Origin: Clostridia bacterium
GTDB taxonomy: Bacteria > Bacillota > Clostridia > UBA1381 > UMGS1253
DNA length: 64,000 nt
NCBI GenBank assembly: GCA_045537695.1
Contig: JAZSQB010000016.1
Location: 3,092 to 67,091, forward strand
Direction of reading: 5' to 3'
Shown here: positions 35,906-44,723 of the stretch, piece by piece
How positions within the stretch are numbered: position 1 is the first letter of the stretch
How the letters are laid out: every line of letters begins with the position of its first letter
Notes under the pieces: generated by a model
Database searches by the model: none
Told to the model about the DNA's origin: nothing
Seen by the model: the letters and a program-made list of their open reading frames with translations, nothing else
Position numbers and translations under genes: made by a program

Positions 35906-35934
35906 ATTTTAGCACAGTTTTTTTGTAATGTCAA
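35906..35934 (-). promoter_or_regulatory. Promoter of the T-box leader
   Basis: On the minus strand, TTGACA (35929-35934), a 17-nt spacer, then TGcTAAAAT with TAAAAT at 35906-35911. Confidence 0.7.
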
Positions 35935-35964
35935 TAGGTTTTATACAATTTTTTGTATATTTTT

Positions 35965-36651
35965 TTAAAGCTCCAGTTTTTTCGTCAATGTCGGGAAACA
36001 TGCCTCAAAAGTAAACATTCTGTCCAGCAGTGCCGAAAAGAGCTTGATAAGCGGTGCGTTGATGACCGTGATGACAACCGTACCGATACCGACCCCGTGA
36101 AAACCGCCGGTCAGCACAAGTGCAAGCACAACCGACAGCACAAACATCACAATATCATTGATTTGCTTTACGCGTGCAGTCGTCTGCTTCCATTTTTCCG
36201 CTGTTTGCGTCACCAAAAGCTCGTAAATCTGCAACGGCAGCGTCGTTTTAAAGTAAAATGCAATCGCCAGTGCCGTAATCGTTTCCCCAAGCACAAAGCA
36301 AACAATGCGCATTGCCCACGTTGTGCAAGCGCCGTTGCCACCGAGCAGTAAAAACCACCCATCCAGCGCAAAGCCAAACAGCACCGCCGTTGCAAAACAC
36401 AAAAGGTATTTCACCTTAAAACGACGCAGCAATACGCACATCACAACCAGCAAAAACCCCTGCCATATGTATTCGCTCGTGCCCTGCGTCCACCATAGAA
36501 AATATTCGCTCATTTTCAGATGTAAAATATACGGCGGTGCCGCTATCATCGAAAGCCCGAAATCCGCTTTCGTACACAGTGCCACGCCAAGCGAGCACAA
36601 AAGAATGCCGGCAATCCATGCCAATTCATTCATTTTTGAAATCTTTTTCAT
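35965..36651 (-). CDS. YczE/DUF6198-like membrane protein
   Basis: 228 aa. The N-terminal LGVALCTKADFGLSMIAAPPYIL pattern resembles the YczE-like family, and there are 5-6 TM segments. Confidence 0.45.
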   Translation of the reverse strand: MKKISKMNELAWIAGILLCSLGVALCTKADFGLSMIAAPPYILHLKMSEYFLWWTQGTSEYIWQGFLLVVMCVLLRRFKVKYLLCFATAVLFGFALDGWFLLLGGNGACTTWAMRIVCFVLGETITALAIAFYFKTTLPLQIYELLVTQTAEKWKQTTARVKQINDIVMFVLSVVLALVLTGGFHGVGIGTVVITVINAPLIKLFSALLDRMFTFEACFPTLTKKLEL

Positions 36652-36654
36652 AGT

Positions 36655-37557
36655 CTATTCCTTTTTGGCTAATAAAAATACAGTTATAAAAATGCAGGCA
36701 AAGCCTAAAATATCAATCCACATAAACGGCGTCTTGAGCCAGAAGAATGAAAAGAGTGTCGCCGAAACCGGCTCTACGCTGGCAAGCATACTCGCCCGCT
36801 CCGCACCGACCAGCTGCACGCCGCACATATACAGCGTGTAGGCAAACACCGTGCCGAAAAGGCAGATGCCCGCAAGCGCAAGAATGCCGCTCAAATCCAA
36901 AACAGGTGCATTATTCCAGCTTTGTGTAATTCCCATAAAAACGATGCCTGCCACCAGCATGCCCCAACCGGAAATCATCGTGCCGCTGTGCCGCTTAAGC
37001 AAATCCACCGGCAAAAGCGAATACGCCGCCATCGCCACGGCGGATACCAATCCCCAGCCAAGCCCCGCCGGCGTAATTTCCATCGAGGTCGGGTCGCCGT
37101 GCGTCGCAATAACAAATGTACCGACAACAGCTAAAAACACACATAACACCTTAATTTTATCCGGCCGCTTCTGCATGACAATACAAGTATAAATCACAAT
37201 CATAACCGGCGCTGTATATTGCAACACCGTCGCCGTACCGGCATTGGTATACCGAATAGCTTCCAGATATGTATACTGGCAAAAAACAATACCCAAAAAA
37301 GCATATGCCAACAACCGCACCACGCTTTTCGGTTTTTTCCAGACAGTAAGCATTTCTCTGCCTTCTCGAATAAAACCGTACGCTACCAAAATCACACCGG
37401 CAACCAAAAGGCGAACGGACACCAAAAAATCAGTGTCCATTTTGTAAATTTGCATTAAAAACTGCCCACACGTTCCGGAAAAGCCCCAAAATATGCCACC
37501 CAAAAGCGTAAACGCTACGCCAAGTGCATAATGATTTTTCTTTTCCATTTGTTTCAC
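36655..37557 (-). CDS. EamA/DMT superfamily transporter
   Basis: 300 aa with ten TM segments arranged as two EamA-like halves. Confidence 0.7.
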   Translation of the reverse strand: MKQMEKKNHYALGVAFTLLGGIFWGFSGTCGQFLMQIYKMDTDFLVSVRLLVAGVILVAYGFIREGREMLTVWKKPKSVVRLLAYAFLGIVFCQYTYLEAIRYTNAGTATVLQYTAPVMIVIYTCIVMQKRPDKIKVLCVFLAVVGTFVIATHGDPTSMEITPAGLGWGLVSAVAMAAYSLLPVDLLKRHSGTMISGWGMLVAGIVFMGITQSWNNAPVLDLSGILALAGICLFGTVFAYTLYMCGVQLVGAERASMLASVEPVSATLFSFFWLKTPFMWIDILGFACIFITVFLLAKKE

Positions 37558-37559
37558 CC

Positions 37560-37985
37560 TTAATTCTGCTCCGATGCCTTTGTTTCACAGTAAATGCATC
37601 TGTAAACCTGATTTTCTCTGTCCGTCAGACGGAAGATATGTTCAAGCTCCTGCTCCGTCGTTGTGATGCAACGCGGATTTTTGCACTTCAGTACATTAGT
37701 CAGGCGCTCCGGAAGCTCAATCGAACGCTTTTCAACGAGCTTGCTGTCTCTGATAATATCTACCGTTACGCCCGGATCTACATAGCCTAAAATATCCATA
37801 TTAATCTGAATGTCCGCATCAATTTTGATAATGTCTTTTCTGCCCATTTTACGGCTCTGTACATTTTTAATGATCGCCACGGAGCAATCCAGATTATCGA
37901 GCTTTAAAAGCTGATAAATGCGCATGCCCTTACCGGCGGTGATGTGATCAATTACAATACCGTTTTTAATCGAATCTATATTCAT
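37560..37985 (-). CDS. pyrI: Aspartate carbamoyltransferase regulatory subunit
   Basis: IKNGIVIDHI and the C-terminal zinc cluster CKNPRCIT...YRCIYCE. Confidence 0.9.
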   Translation of the reverse strand: MNIDSIKNGIVIDHITAGKGMRIYQLLKLDNLDCSVAIIKNVQSRKMGRKDIIKIDADIQINMDILGYVDPGVTVDIIRDSKLVEKRSIELPERLTNVLKCKNPRCITTTEQELEHIFRLTDRENQVYRCIYCETKASEQN

Positions 37986-38908
37986 TACACATCCTCCTCC
38001 AAACCCAACAGCCTCAGAATCAGCGCCATGCGTACAAATTTACCGTTGCGCACCTGCTTGAAATAGCACGCGCGCGGGTCGCTGTCAATTGCCACACTGA
38101 TTTCATTTACACGCGGCAGCGGATGCAATACAGCCATATCCGGCTTTGCCAATGCCATTTTTTCCGTAGTCAGAATATAGCTGTCTCTCAAACGCAGATA
38201 ATCTTCTTCATTAAAGAAACGCTCCCCCTGTACACGGGTCATGTACAGAATATCCAACTCCGGCATTACCGCTTCCAGGTCGGTTGTTTGTACATATTCG
38301 ATGCCGTTCTTTTTCAAAACGTCTTTTTTAATGTAGCTCGGTAATTTCAATTCATCCGGCGAAATCAGAATAACGCGGATGTTTTTATAACGCGAAATTG
38401 CCGTCAGCAGAGAATGCACCGTTCTGCCAAACTTTAAGTCGCCGCAAAAACCGATGGTCAGGTTATCGAGTCTGCCCTTTTCACGGTGAATAGTCAAAAG
38501 GTCGGTCAGCGTCTGTGTCGGATGGTTGTGACCGCCGTCACCGGCATTGATGACCGGCACGCTTGCCGCCATGGAAGCGACAAGCGGCGCACCCTCCTTC
38601 GGATGACGCATTGCAATAATATCTGCATAGCAGGAAACTGTCTTTGCCGTATCCGCTACACTTTCACCCTTGGATGCAGACGAACTCTGCGCTTCGGAGA
38701 AGCCGAGCACGTTACCACCGAGACCGTACATAGCGGACTCGAAGCTTAAGCGTGTTCTGGTCGACGGTTCAAAAAACAGCGTAGCTAAAATCTTACCCTG
38801 ACATTTGTGCGCATACTTTTCCGGATGGTCAATAATATCTTCCGCTCTGCGAATGACTTTATCCACTTCAGCAGTCGAAAGCTGCGCAATATCAATCAAG
38901 TGCTCCAT
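37985..38908 (-). CDS. pyrB: Aspartate carbamoyltransferase catalytic subunit
   Basis: [17 protein letters not shown] and HPLPRV motifs; 307 aa. Confidence 0.95.
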   Translation of the reverse strand: MEHLIDIAQLSTAEVDKVIRRAEDIIDHPEKYAHKCQGKILATLFFEPSTRTRLSFESAMYGLGGNVLGFSEAQSSSASKGESVADTAKTVSCYADIIAMRHPKEGAPLVASMAASVPVINAGDGGHNHPTQTLTDLLTIHREKGRLDNLTIGFCGDLKFGRTVHSLLTAISRYKNIRVILISPDELKLPSYIKKDVLKKNGIEYVQTTDLEAVMPELDILYMTRVQGERFFNEEDYLRLRDSYILTTEKMALAKPDMAVLHPLPRVNEISVAIDSDPRACYFKQVRNGKFVRMALILRLLGLEEDV

Positions 38909-38929
38909 GATACTTCTTCCCTTCGCAAA

Positions 38930-39562
38930 TTATTTGGAAATCCAACTTTCGTCGGACGGATTGTTTCTAAACGCAATCAATCTTGCCTTGTCGTCAGCCT
39001 GAATGTAGCCTTCTTCTGCAGCCGCTTCTACAACCGCATCAAAATTAGAAAGGCTGATGTTCTTTACATTTGCAGCCGTCAGGCGGTCAAGACCTTTTTG
39101 CATACCATAAGTAAAGATGCTGACAATACCGAGCACCTCTGCACCTGCTTCACGCAGTACATTTACAACATCGATGCAGCTGCCGCCGGTGGAAATCAAG
39201 TCCTCGACAACAACCACCTTCTGCCCCTTTTCGAGTCTGCCTTCAATCTGATTCTGTCTGCCGTGGTCCTTTGCACCAGAGCGCACATAGCCCATCGGCA
39301 TACCGAGCAGATGACCTGTGATCGCGGCATGCGCAATACCTGCGGTCGATGTACCCATCAGAACTTCTGCTTCCGGATAGTGCTTTTTAATCAGCTCTGC
39401 CAAACCGTTTTCCACAGCGTTACGCGCTTCCACGTCTGTCAGTGTAAGACGGTTGTCGCAGTAAATCGGACTTTTGATACCGCTTGCCCAGGTAAACGGA
39501 TCGTCCGGTCTTAAAAATACAGCTTTAATTCTCAAAAGATGCTTTGCAATTGTCTTTTCCAT
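38930..39562 (-). CDS. pyrE: Orotate phosphoribosyltransferase
   Basis: The PRPP motif [13 protein letters not shown], the 210-aa length and its position in the pyr operon. Confidence 0.9.
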   Translation of the reverse strand: MEKTIAKHLLRIKAVFLRPDDPFTWASGIKSPIYCDNRLTLTDVEARNAVENGLAELIKKHYPEAEVLMGTSTAGIAHAAITGHLLGMPMGYVRSGAKDHGRQNQIEGRLEKGQKVVVVEDLISTGGSCIDVVNVLREAGAEVLGIVSIFTYGMQKGLDRLTAANVKNISLSNFDAVVEAAAEEGYIQADDKARLIAFRNNPSDESWISK

Positions 39563-39580
39563 TTTCTCTATCTCCTTAAA

Positions 39581-40279
39581 TTAATCTACAAATTCTTCCA
39601 CACAGCGCAGATATGCCGCAACCGGATCCTCTGCCGCCGTCACCGGTCTGCCGACTACAATGTAGTCCGAACCGATTTCCTTTGCCTTTGCCGGTGTCAT
39701 CACACGCACCTGGTCACCCACATCGGAATCCGCAAAACGGATGCCCGGTGTTACGGTTACAAAATCCTTGCCGCAGCTGTCATGTACAACCTTTGCTTCC
39801 AACGGAGAACATACAACGCCGTCCAGACCCGAAGCCGCCGCATTCTTTGCATAGTGCATAACCGTTTCCGGCATACTCTTTTCAATCAACAGCTCTTCGT
39901 GCATCGCTTCTTCGCTGGTACTGGTCAGCTGTGTTACCGCAATCAAAATCGGACGTGTACCATCCGGACGGGTAAGACCCTCCAGCGCCGCCTTCATCAT
40001 TGCGCTTGCGCCGGATGCGTGCAGGTTTGTCATATCCACATCCAGTTTAGAAAGCACTGCCATACTCTTTTTTACCGTGTTCGGAATGTCGTGTAATTTT
40101 AAATCCAGGAAAATCTTGTGACCGCGCGCCTTGATTTCACGCACGATTTCCGGACCTGCCGCATAAAACAGCTCCATACCGATTTTCACAAACGGCTTTC
40201 TGCCGGTGAACTTGTCTAAAAACGCAAGCACCTCATCTCTGCCGGAAAAGTCACATGCAATAATAACATCCTTACCCAT
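39581..40279 (-). CDS. pyrF: Orotidine-5'-phosphate decarboxylase
   Basis: [12 protein letters not shown] motif; 232 aa. Confidence 0.9.
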   Translation of the reverse strand: MGKDVIIACDFSGRDEVLAFLDKFTGRKPFVKIGMELFYAAGPEIVREIKARGHKIFLDLKLHDIPNTVKKSMAVLSKLDVDMTNLHASGASAMMKAALEGLTRPDGTRPILIAVTQLTSTSEEAMHEELLIEKSMPETVMHYAKNAAASGLDGVVCSPLEAKVVHDSCGKDFVTVTPGIRFADSDVGDQVRVMTPAKAKEIGSDYIVVGRPVTAAEDPVAAYLRCVEEFVD

Positions 40280-40309
40280 TTTTATCTCCCCTTACAATAA
40301 ATTTCTGTT

Positions 40310-41221
40310 TTAGTGTGCCGCACCGATAATTTCGGAAAGGCTTGTGATACCGTATTTCTCCATGGCTGCCGGTAAATCATTGATAATATCACGGCACGCA
40401 TACGGATTGACAAGATTTGCCGCACCGACCTGCACCGCCGTTGCACCGGCAAGCATAAATTCCAAAACATCTTCTGCGCTCATTACGCCGCCCATACCGA
40501 TAATCGGAATTTTAACGGCTTCGTATACCTGGTATACCATGCGCACAGCCACCGGCTTGATTGCACCGCCGGAAAGACCGCCCGTCTTGTTTGCTAAGAG
40601 CGGCTTTTTCTTTTTCAAATCAATCTGCATGCCCATGAGTGTGTTAATCAGGCTGATACCGTCTGCCCCGGCTTCTTCACACGCCTTTGCAATGGATGCA
40701 ATATCCGTTACATTCGGTGAAAGCTTGATGTAGAGCGGCTTGGTCGTTACCGCACGCACCGCTTTTGTAATCTTTGCCGCACTTTCTGCACTTGTACCGA
40801 AGCTTAAACCGCCGCCGTGTACATTCGGGCAGGAAATGTTGACTTCAATCCAGCCGACCTGCTCTTCCTTGTCCATTCTTTCCACAACGGTGACATACTC
40901 TTCCTCGGAAAAGCCGCTGACGTTCGCCATCACCGGCTTGTTGAAAATCTTTTTCAGCGCCGGAAGCTCCTCGGAGATGACCTTATCCACACCCGGATTC
41001 TGCAGACCTACGGCATTGAGCATACCGCCGCACGTCTCCGCAATACGCGGTGTCGCATTACCGAAGCGCGGATTTAAGGTTGTGCCCTTAAACGAAAATG
41101 TACCTAAACAGTTAATATCATAAATTTCAGCAAATTCACGACCGAACCCGAAGGTTCCGCTCGCCGGAATCACCGGATTGTCGATTGTAATGCCGCTGAG
41201 TACTACTTTAGTGTCTACCAT
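40310..41221 (-). CDS. pyrD: Dihydroorotate dehydrogenase B, catalytic subunit
   Basis: NPVIPASGTFGFG and EVNISCPNV; 303 aa. Confidence 0.9.
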   Translation of the reverse strand: MVDTKVVLSGITIDNPVIPASGTFGFGREFAEIYDINCLGTFSFKGTTLNPRFGNATPRIAETCGGMLNAVGLQNPGVDKVISEELPALKKIFNKPVMANVSGFSEEEYVTVVERMDKEEQVGWIEVNISCPNVHGGGLSFGTSAESAAKITKAVRAVTTKPLYIKLSPNVTDIASIAKACEEAGADGISLINTLMGMQIDLKKKKPLLANKTGGLSGGAIKPVAVRMVYQVYEAVKIPIIGMGGVMSAEDVLEFMLAGATAVQVGAANLVNPYACRDIINDLPAAMEKYGITSLSEIIGAAH

Positions 41222-41946
41222 ATGATTTCCTCCCGCTCTAAAACCGGTCCGTCCTTACAGATACGTTTGTTACCGTATTTGGTTTCACAGGTGCATCCCA
41301 TGCATGCGCCGAAGCCGCAACCCATGCGCTCTTCAAAGCTGAGCTGTCCGCTCGTGGTCGCACACGCATCAATGGCTTTGAGCATCGGTTCCGGTCCGCA
41401 GGTGTAAAAATACGAATACGCAAGTGTTTTGAGTGCATCCGTTACAAAACCCTTGACGCCGTAACTGCCGTCTGCCGTTGTTACGATTGTATCTGCGCCG
41501 AGTGCCTTGAACCTGTCTTCATAGAAAATTTCATCTTTTCCGTTAAAGCCTAAAATCACGGTCGGTTTCTTGCCTTCGCCGAGCAATTGCTTGCAAAGGT
41601 TGTACATTGGCGGTACGCCTGCGCCGCCGCCGAGCAGCACCGGATTTTCTCCGCTCTTGCTTGTATCAAACCCGTTGCCGAGTCCGACTAAAACATCCAG
41701 CTTTTCGTCGGCAGTCATTTTCTTCATCTTCTCTGTACCCTTGCCGACCGCTTTGTAAATCAGGGTCAGCTCACCATCTTTATAATCACAAACCGAAATC
41801 GGTCTGCGCAGGAAAAAGCCGTCCAGCTGAATGTTTACAAACTGTCCCGGTGCCGTCAGGGCACTTGTATCGCCTGCAAGCACCATCTCATAGGTGTTTT
41901 TCGCAAGCTCTGTATTGCTTTTGATTTCAAATATTGTCTGCATCAT
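41215..41946 (-). CDS. pyrK: Dihydroorotate dehydrogenase B, electron-transfer (FAD/2Fe-2S) subunit
   Basis: RPISV FAD motif and the C-terminal cluster CGFGACMGCTC...C. Confidence 0.9.
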   Translation of the reverse strand: MMQTIFEIKSNTELAKNTYEMVLAGDTSALTAPGQFVNIQLDGFFLRRPISVCDYKDGELTLIYKAVGKGTEKMKKMTADEKLDVLVGLGNGFDTSKSGENPVLLGGGAGVPPMYNLCKQLLGEGKKPTVILGFNGKDEIFYEDRFKALGADTIVTTADGSYGVKGFVTDALKTLAYSYFYTCGPEPMLKAIDACATTSGQLSFEERMGCGFGACMGCTCETKYGNKRICKDGPVLEREEIIW

Positions 41947-43166
41947 CCCAGTATCTCCTTATCTGCCCATACGACCTTGTCGCCGACAACCGTCATCAGG
42001 CATTTTCCGTAGACCTCATGTCCCGCAAACGGTGTGCTCTTGCCTTTGGAAACAAAGTCCGCCGGGTCTACCGTATATTTCGCATCCAAATCCCATACGC
42101 TAAAGCCGTTTTCCTCAAACCCGAAACGGCGGCGCGGTGCATAAACCATCAATTCCATCAGCTTGTCCAATGTCATTTTCCTCGTCTTTACAAACGCGGT
42201 ATAGAGCACCGGAAACGCTGTTTCAATACCAACGACACCCATCGCACTGCCCGAAAGTCCCTTTGCCTTTTCTTCGGCACTGTGCGGCGCATGGTCGGTT
42301 GCAATCATATCAATCGTGCCGTCTAAAATACCGGCAATCAGTGCATCTCTGTCTTCTGCGCTGCGCAGTGGCGGATTCATCTTGAATCTGCCTTCCTCCT
42401 GCAAATCCGCATCACAGAGCGTCAGATAATGCGGGCCTGTTTCACAGGTCACATCAATACCCTTCGCCTTTGCCTGACGGATGATTTCCACGCTTTCCTT
42501 CGTAGAAACATGGCAAACATGATAACGCCCCCCGATTTCTTCCACCAGCTTTAAATCTCTGGCAATCGGTTCATACTCACTTGCCGAGCAAATCCCCTTA
42601 TGACCGTGCGCTTTGGCATATTCACCGTCGTGAATATAGCCGCCGTTGACAAGCGTCATATCCTCACAGTGGGCAACAATCATCTTGCCGAGCGCCTTTG
42701 CTTTTTCCATTGCCGCGCGCATCAGCGCTTCATCGGCAACACCTCTGCCGTCATCGCTGAACCCGCAGACATACGGTGCCATCACATCCAAATCCGCAAG
42801 CGCTTTGCCCTGTTCGCCGACGGTAATCGAGCCGTACGGCACAACGGCAATGCAAGCGTCCTTTTCAATAATATCAAGCTGTAATTTCAAATGCTCCATG
42901 CTGTCCGGTACCGGATTTAAGTTCGGCATACTGCACACCTGCGTATAACCGCCGCGTGCACAGGCATAAGTGCCCGATGCAATCGTCTCCTTATAAGAAA
43001 AACCCGGCTCACGCAAATGCACATGTACATCGGCAAAACCGGGCAAAACAGCATATTTACTTAAATCAACACAAATACCATCTCCGCATCTGTCGTCAGA
43101 AAACACGCATCCCTTGGTCGGCGCAGCGTTTCCGTATAGCGGTGTGTTGGTAAACGTATATTTCAT
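41943..43166 (-). CDS. pyrC: Dihydroorotase
   Basis: PGFADVHVHLREPG metal motif. I prefer the ATG at 43164-43166 (MKYTFTN, GGGGGAAG RBS) over the ORF-track start at 43268, which lies inside the leader. Confidence 0.9.
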   Translation of the reverse strand: MKYTFTNTPLYGNAAPTKGCVFSDDRCGDGICVDLSKYAVLPGFADVHVHLREPGFSYKETIASGTYACARGGYTQVCSMPNLNPVPDSMEHLKLQLDIIEKDACIAVVPYGSITVGEQGKALADLDVMAPYVCGFSDDGRGVADEALMRAAMEKAKALGKMIVAHCEDMTLVNGGYIHDGEYAKAHGHKGICSASEYEPIARDLKLVEEIGGRYHVCHVSTKESVEIIRQAKAKGIDVTCETGPHYLTLCDADLQEEGRFKMNPPLRSAEDRDALIAGILDGTIDMIATDHAPHSAEEKAKGLSGSAMGVVGIETAFPVLYTAFVKTRKMTLDKLMELMVYAPRRRFGFEENGFSVWDLDAKYTVDPADFVSKGKSTPFAGHEVYGKCLMTVVGDKVVWADKEILG

Positions 43167-43180
43167 CTTTCTTCCCCCAT

Positions 43181-43205
43181 AAAAAATCCTGCCGGAAGCC
43201 GCAGG
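43181..43205 (-). terminator. Leader terminator (attenuator) immediately upstream of pyrC
   Basis: The minus strand reads CCUGCGGCUUCCGGCAGG followed by AUUUUUU, 14 nt before the pyrC RBS and about 80 nt after the promoter. Confidence 0.55.
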
Positions 43206-43286
43206 TTTATTCTCGTCTGTATGCAGCCTGTCGCCGCATATCCATTTTAAAGTTATATCTATGCACATCTCTTAGCATCTTTTAAG

Positions 43287-43316
43287 ATTATATCATAACA
43301 CAAAAGGCATTGTCAA
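43287..43316 (-). promoter_or_regulatory. pyr operon promoter
   Basis: On the minus strand, TTGACA (43311-43316), an 18-nt spacer, then TATAAT (43287-43292). Confidence 0.6.
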
Positions 43317-43360
43317 CGCTATCCGCACAGAAATCAAATTTAATCTTGCCGCATATTGCC

Positions 43361-43389
43361 TTGACAGTAGTGCTTTTTTATGATATACT
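43361..43389 (+). promoter_or_regulatory. Promoter driving the four-helix-bundle pseudogene and tRNA-Leu
   Basis: TTGACA (43361-43366), a 17-nt spacer, then TGaTATACT with TATACT at 43384-43389. Confidence 0.65.
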
Positions 43390-43456
43390 GCTCATTGGCA
43401 AGCGCGCTAGACTTAGCTGCCGTCCTGTATGTGGAAAGTTGAACGTGAGTAACCAA

Positions 43457-43757
43457 ATGGAAAATGATATTGAAATTAAGAGTTTTAACTTTGCAGTCAG
43501 GATTGTCAATGTGTATAAGTATTTAACTGTCACAAAGAAAGAATATGTGCTTTCTAAGCAGTTACTTCGCAGAGGCTGAACAAGCGCCGAGCAAACCCGA
43601 TTTTGTTTCAAAAATGAATATTGCATTAAATGAAACTTCAGAAACAAAGTATTAGATAAAACTCTTAGAGGCAACTGAATTTCTTTCTGAGAAAGAAAGC
43701 AAATCTCTTTAAGCTGATTGTATTGAATTGGAAAAATTGTTAGTAAGTATTATATAA
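43457..43757 (+). pseudogene. Degraded four-helix-bundle protein gene (the '23S rRNA intervening-sequence protein' family)
   Basis: It reads MENDIEIKSFNFAVRIVNVYKYLTVTKKEYVLSKQLLRRG then a stop. After an apparent internal deletion/frame change it continues AEQAPSKPDFVSKMNIALNETSETKY*IKLLEATEFLSEKESKSL*ADCIELEKLLVSII. The family pattern is recognisable, but there are at least three disruptions. Confidence 0.6.
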
Positions 43758-43810
43758 TCCTCAAAATAATAATTTTCAATTTTCCATTTTCAACTTTCAA
43801 TTTAATATCT

Positions 43811-43895
43811 GCGGATGTGGCGAAATTGGCATACGCGCAAGATTTAGGTTCTTGTGTCCCGAGACGTGCAGGTTCGACCCCTGTCATCCGCACCA
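43811..43895 (+). tRNA. tRNA-Leu (anticodon UAG)
   Basis: 85 nt. Acceptor arms GCGGATG/CATCCGC, anticodon stem-loop CAAGA-TTTAGGT-TCTTG, a long variable arm, T-arm GCAGGTTCGACCCCTGT and an encoded CCA. Confidence 0.95.
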
Positions 43896-43898
43896 CCC

Positions 43899-43931
43899 AA
43901 AACACTTATAGGTTTCTCCTATAAGTGTTTT
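43899..43931 (+). terminator. tRNA-Leu terminator
   Basis: AAAACACTTATAGGtttctCCTATAAGTGTTTT. Confidence 0.75.
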
Positions 43932-44022
43932 ATTACTTCTTGATAAAATTTTATGCACCTTCCTGTAAGCTTTCATTATTAACAATGAAAATGTTTTACT
44001 AACTCCTCCTATCGCAAAACGC

Positions 44023-44051
44023 AAAAAGCAATGTGTACACATTGCTTTTTT
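44023..44051. terminator. xpt terminator (palindromic, bidirectional)
   Basis: AAAAAGCAATGTGTACACATTGCTTTTTT. Confidence 0.7.
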
Positions 44052-44056
44052 GCCTA

Positions 44057-44638
44057 CTACTGTTCTTTAAATTTCACAGTGCCCTTGTCGGCGTCCATGG
44101 CTTCCACAATCGCCAGTGATTCAAGCCTATACCCTAAATTGCGAATGACCGTACCGCCAATTTGAAAACCCTTTTCAACAGCAATGCCGATGCCTTCTAC
44201 CATTGCCCCTGCCTCCTCCGCAATGGAAATCAAACCCTGCAGCGCACAACCGTTGGCAAGAAAGTCGTCCACAATCAGCACGTGGTCGCCTTTGCCCAAA
44301 AAGCGCTTGGATACAATGACCTGATTAGTGTTTTTATGGGTAAAGGATTCCACCGTTGCCACATACATATCGCCGTCAATATTCACGCTTTTGTTCTTTT
44401 TAGCAAACACCAGCGGCACGCCAAACGCACGCGCCACCGGATAGGCAATGGCAATACCGGATGCCTCAATCGTCAGCACCTTATTAATCGGCTTGTCCGC
44501 AAAGCGTCTGCGAAATTCTTCACCGATTTCATCTAACAGAGCAATATCCATCTGGTGATTTAAAAAGCTATCCACCTTCAGGACATTTCCCTGTTTTACA
44601 ACGCCGTCTTTGGCAATACGTTCTTCTAAAAAGTTCAT
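44057..44638 (-). CDS. xpt: Xanthine phosphoribosyltransferase
   Basis: It starts MNFLEERIAKDGVVKQGNVLKVDSFLNHQMD and has the PRPP motif VLIVDDFLANG. The start at 44636-44638 is preferred. Confidence 0.9.
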   Translation of the reverse strand: MNFLEERIAKDGVVKQGNVLKVDSFLNHQMDIALLDEIGEEFRRRFADKPINKVLTIEASGIAIAYPVARAFGVPLVFAKKNKSVNIDGDMYVATVESFTHKNTNQVIVSKRFLGKGDHVLIVDDFLANGCALQGLISIAEEAGAMVEGIGIAVEKGFQIGGTVIRNLGYRLESLAIVEAMDADKGTVKFKEQ

Positions 44639-44673
44639 CCTATGCCACCCCATCCGAGCTAAGATTTTCTACT

Positions 44674-44702
44674 ATTGTAACACGCTTTGCGCCACTTGTC
44701 AA
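44674..44702 (-). promoter_or_regulatory. xpt promoter
   Basis: On the minus strand, TTGACA (44697-44702), a 17-nt spacer, then TACAAT (44674-44679). The leader is only about 30 nt, so there is no room for a purine riboswitch. Confidence 0.65.
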
Positions 44703-44723
44703 TGCCAGTAGAAAGCAGTCGAA

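Noticed and set aside
44639-44723. Purine (guanine) riboswitch expected upstream of xpt
   Set aside because: Only about 30 nt lie between the predicted transcription start and the RBS, with no three-way-junction sequence. A riboswitch cannot fit.
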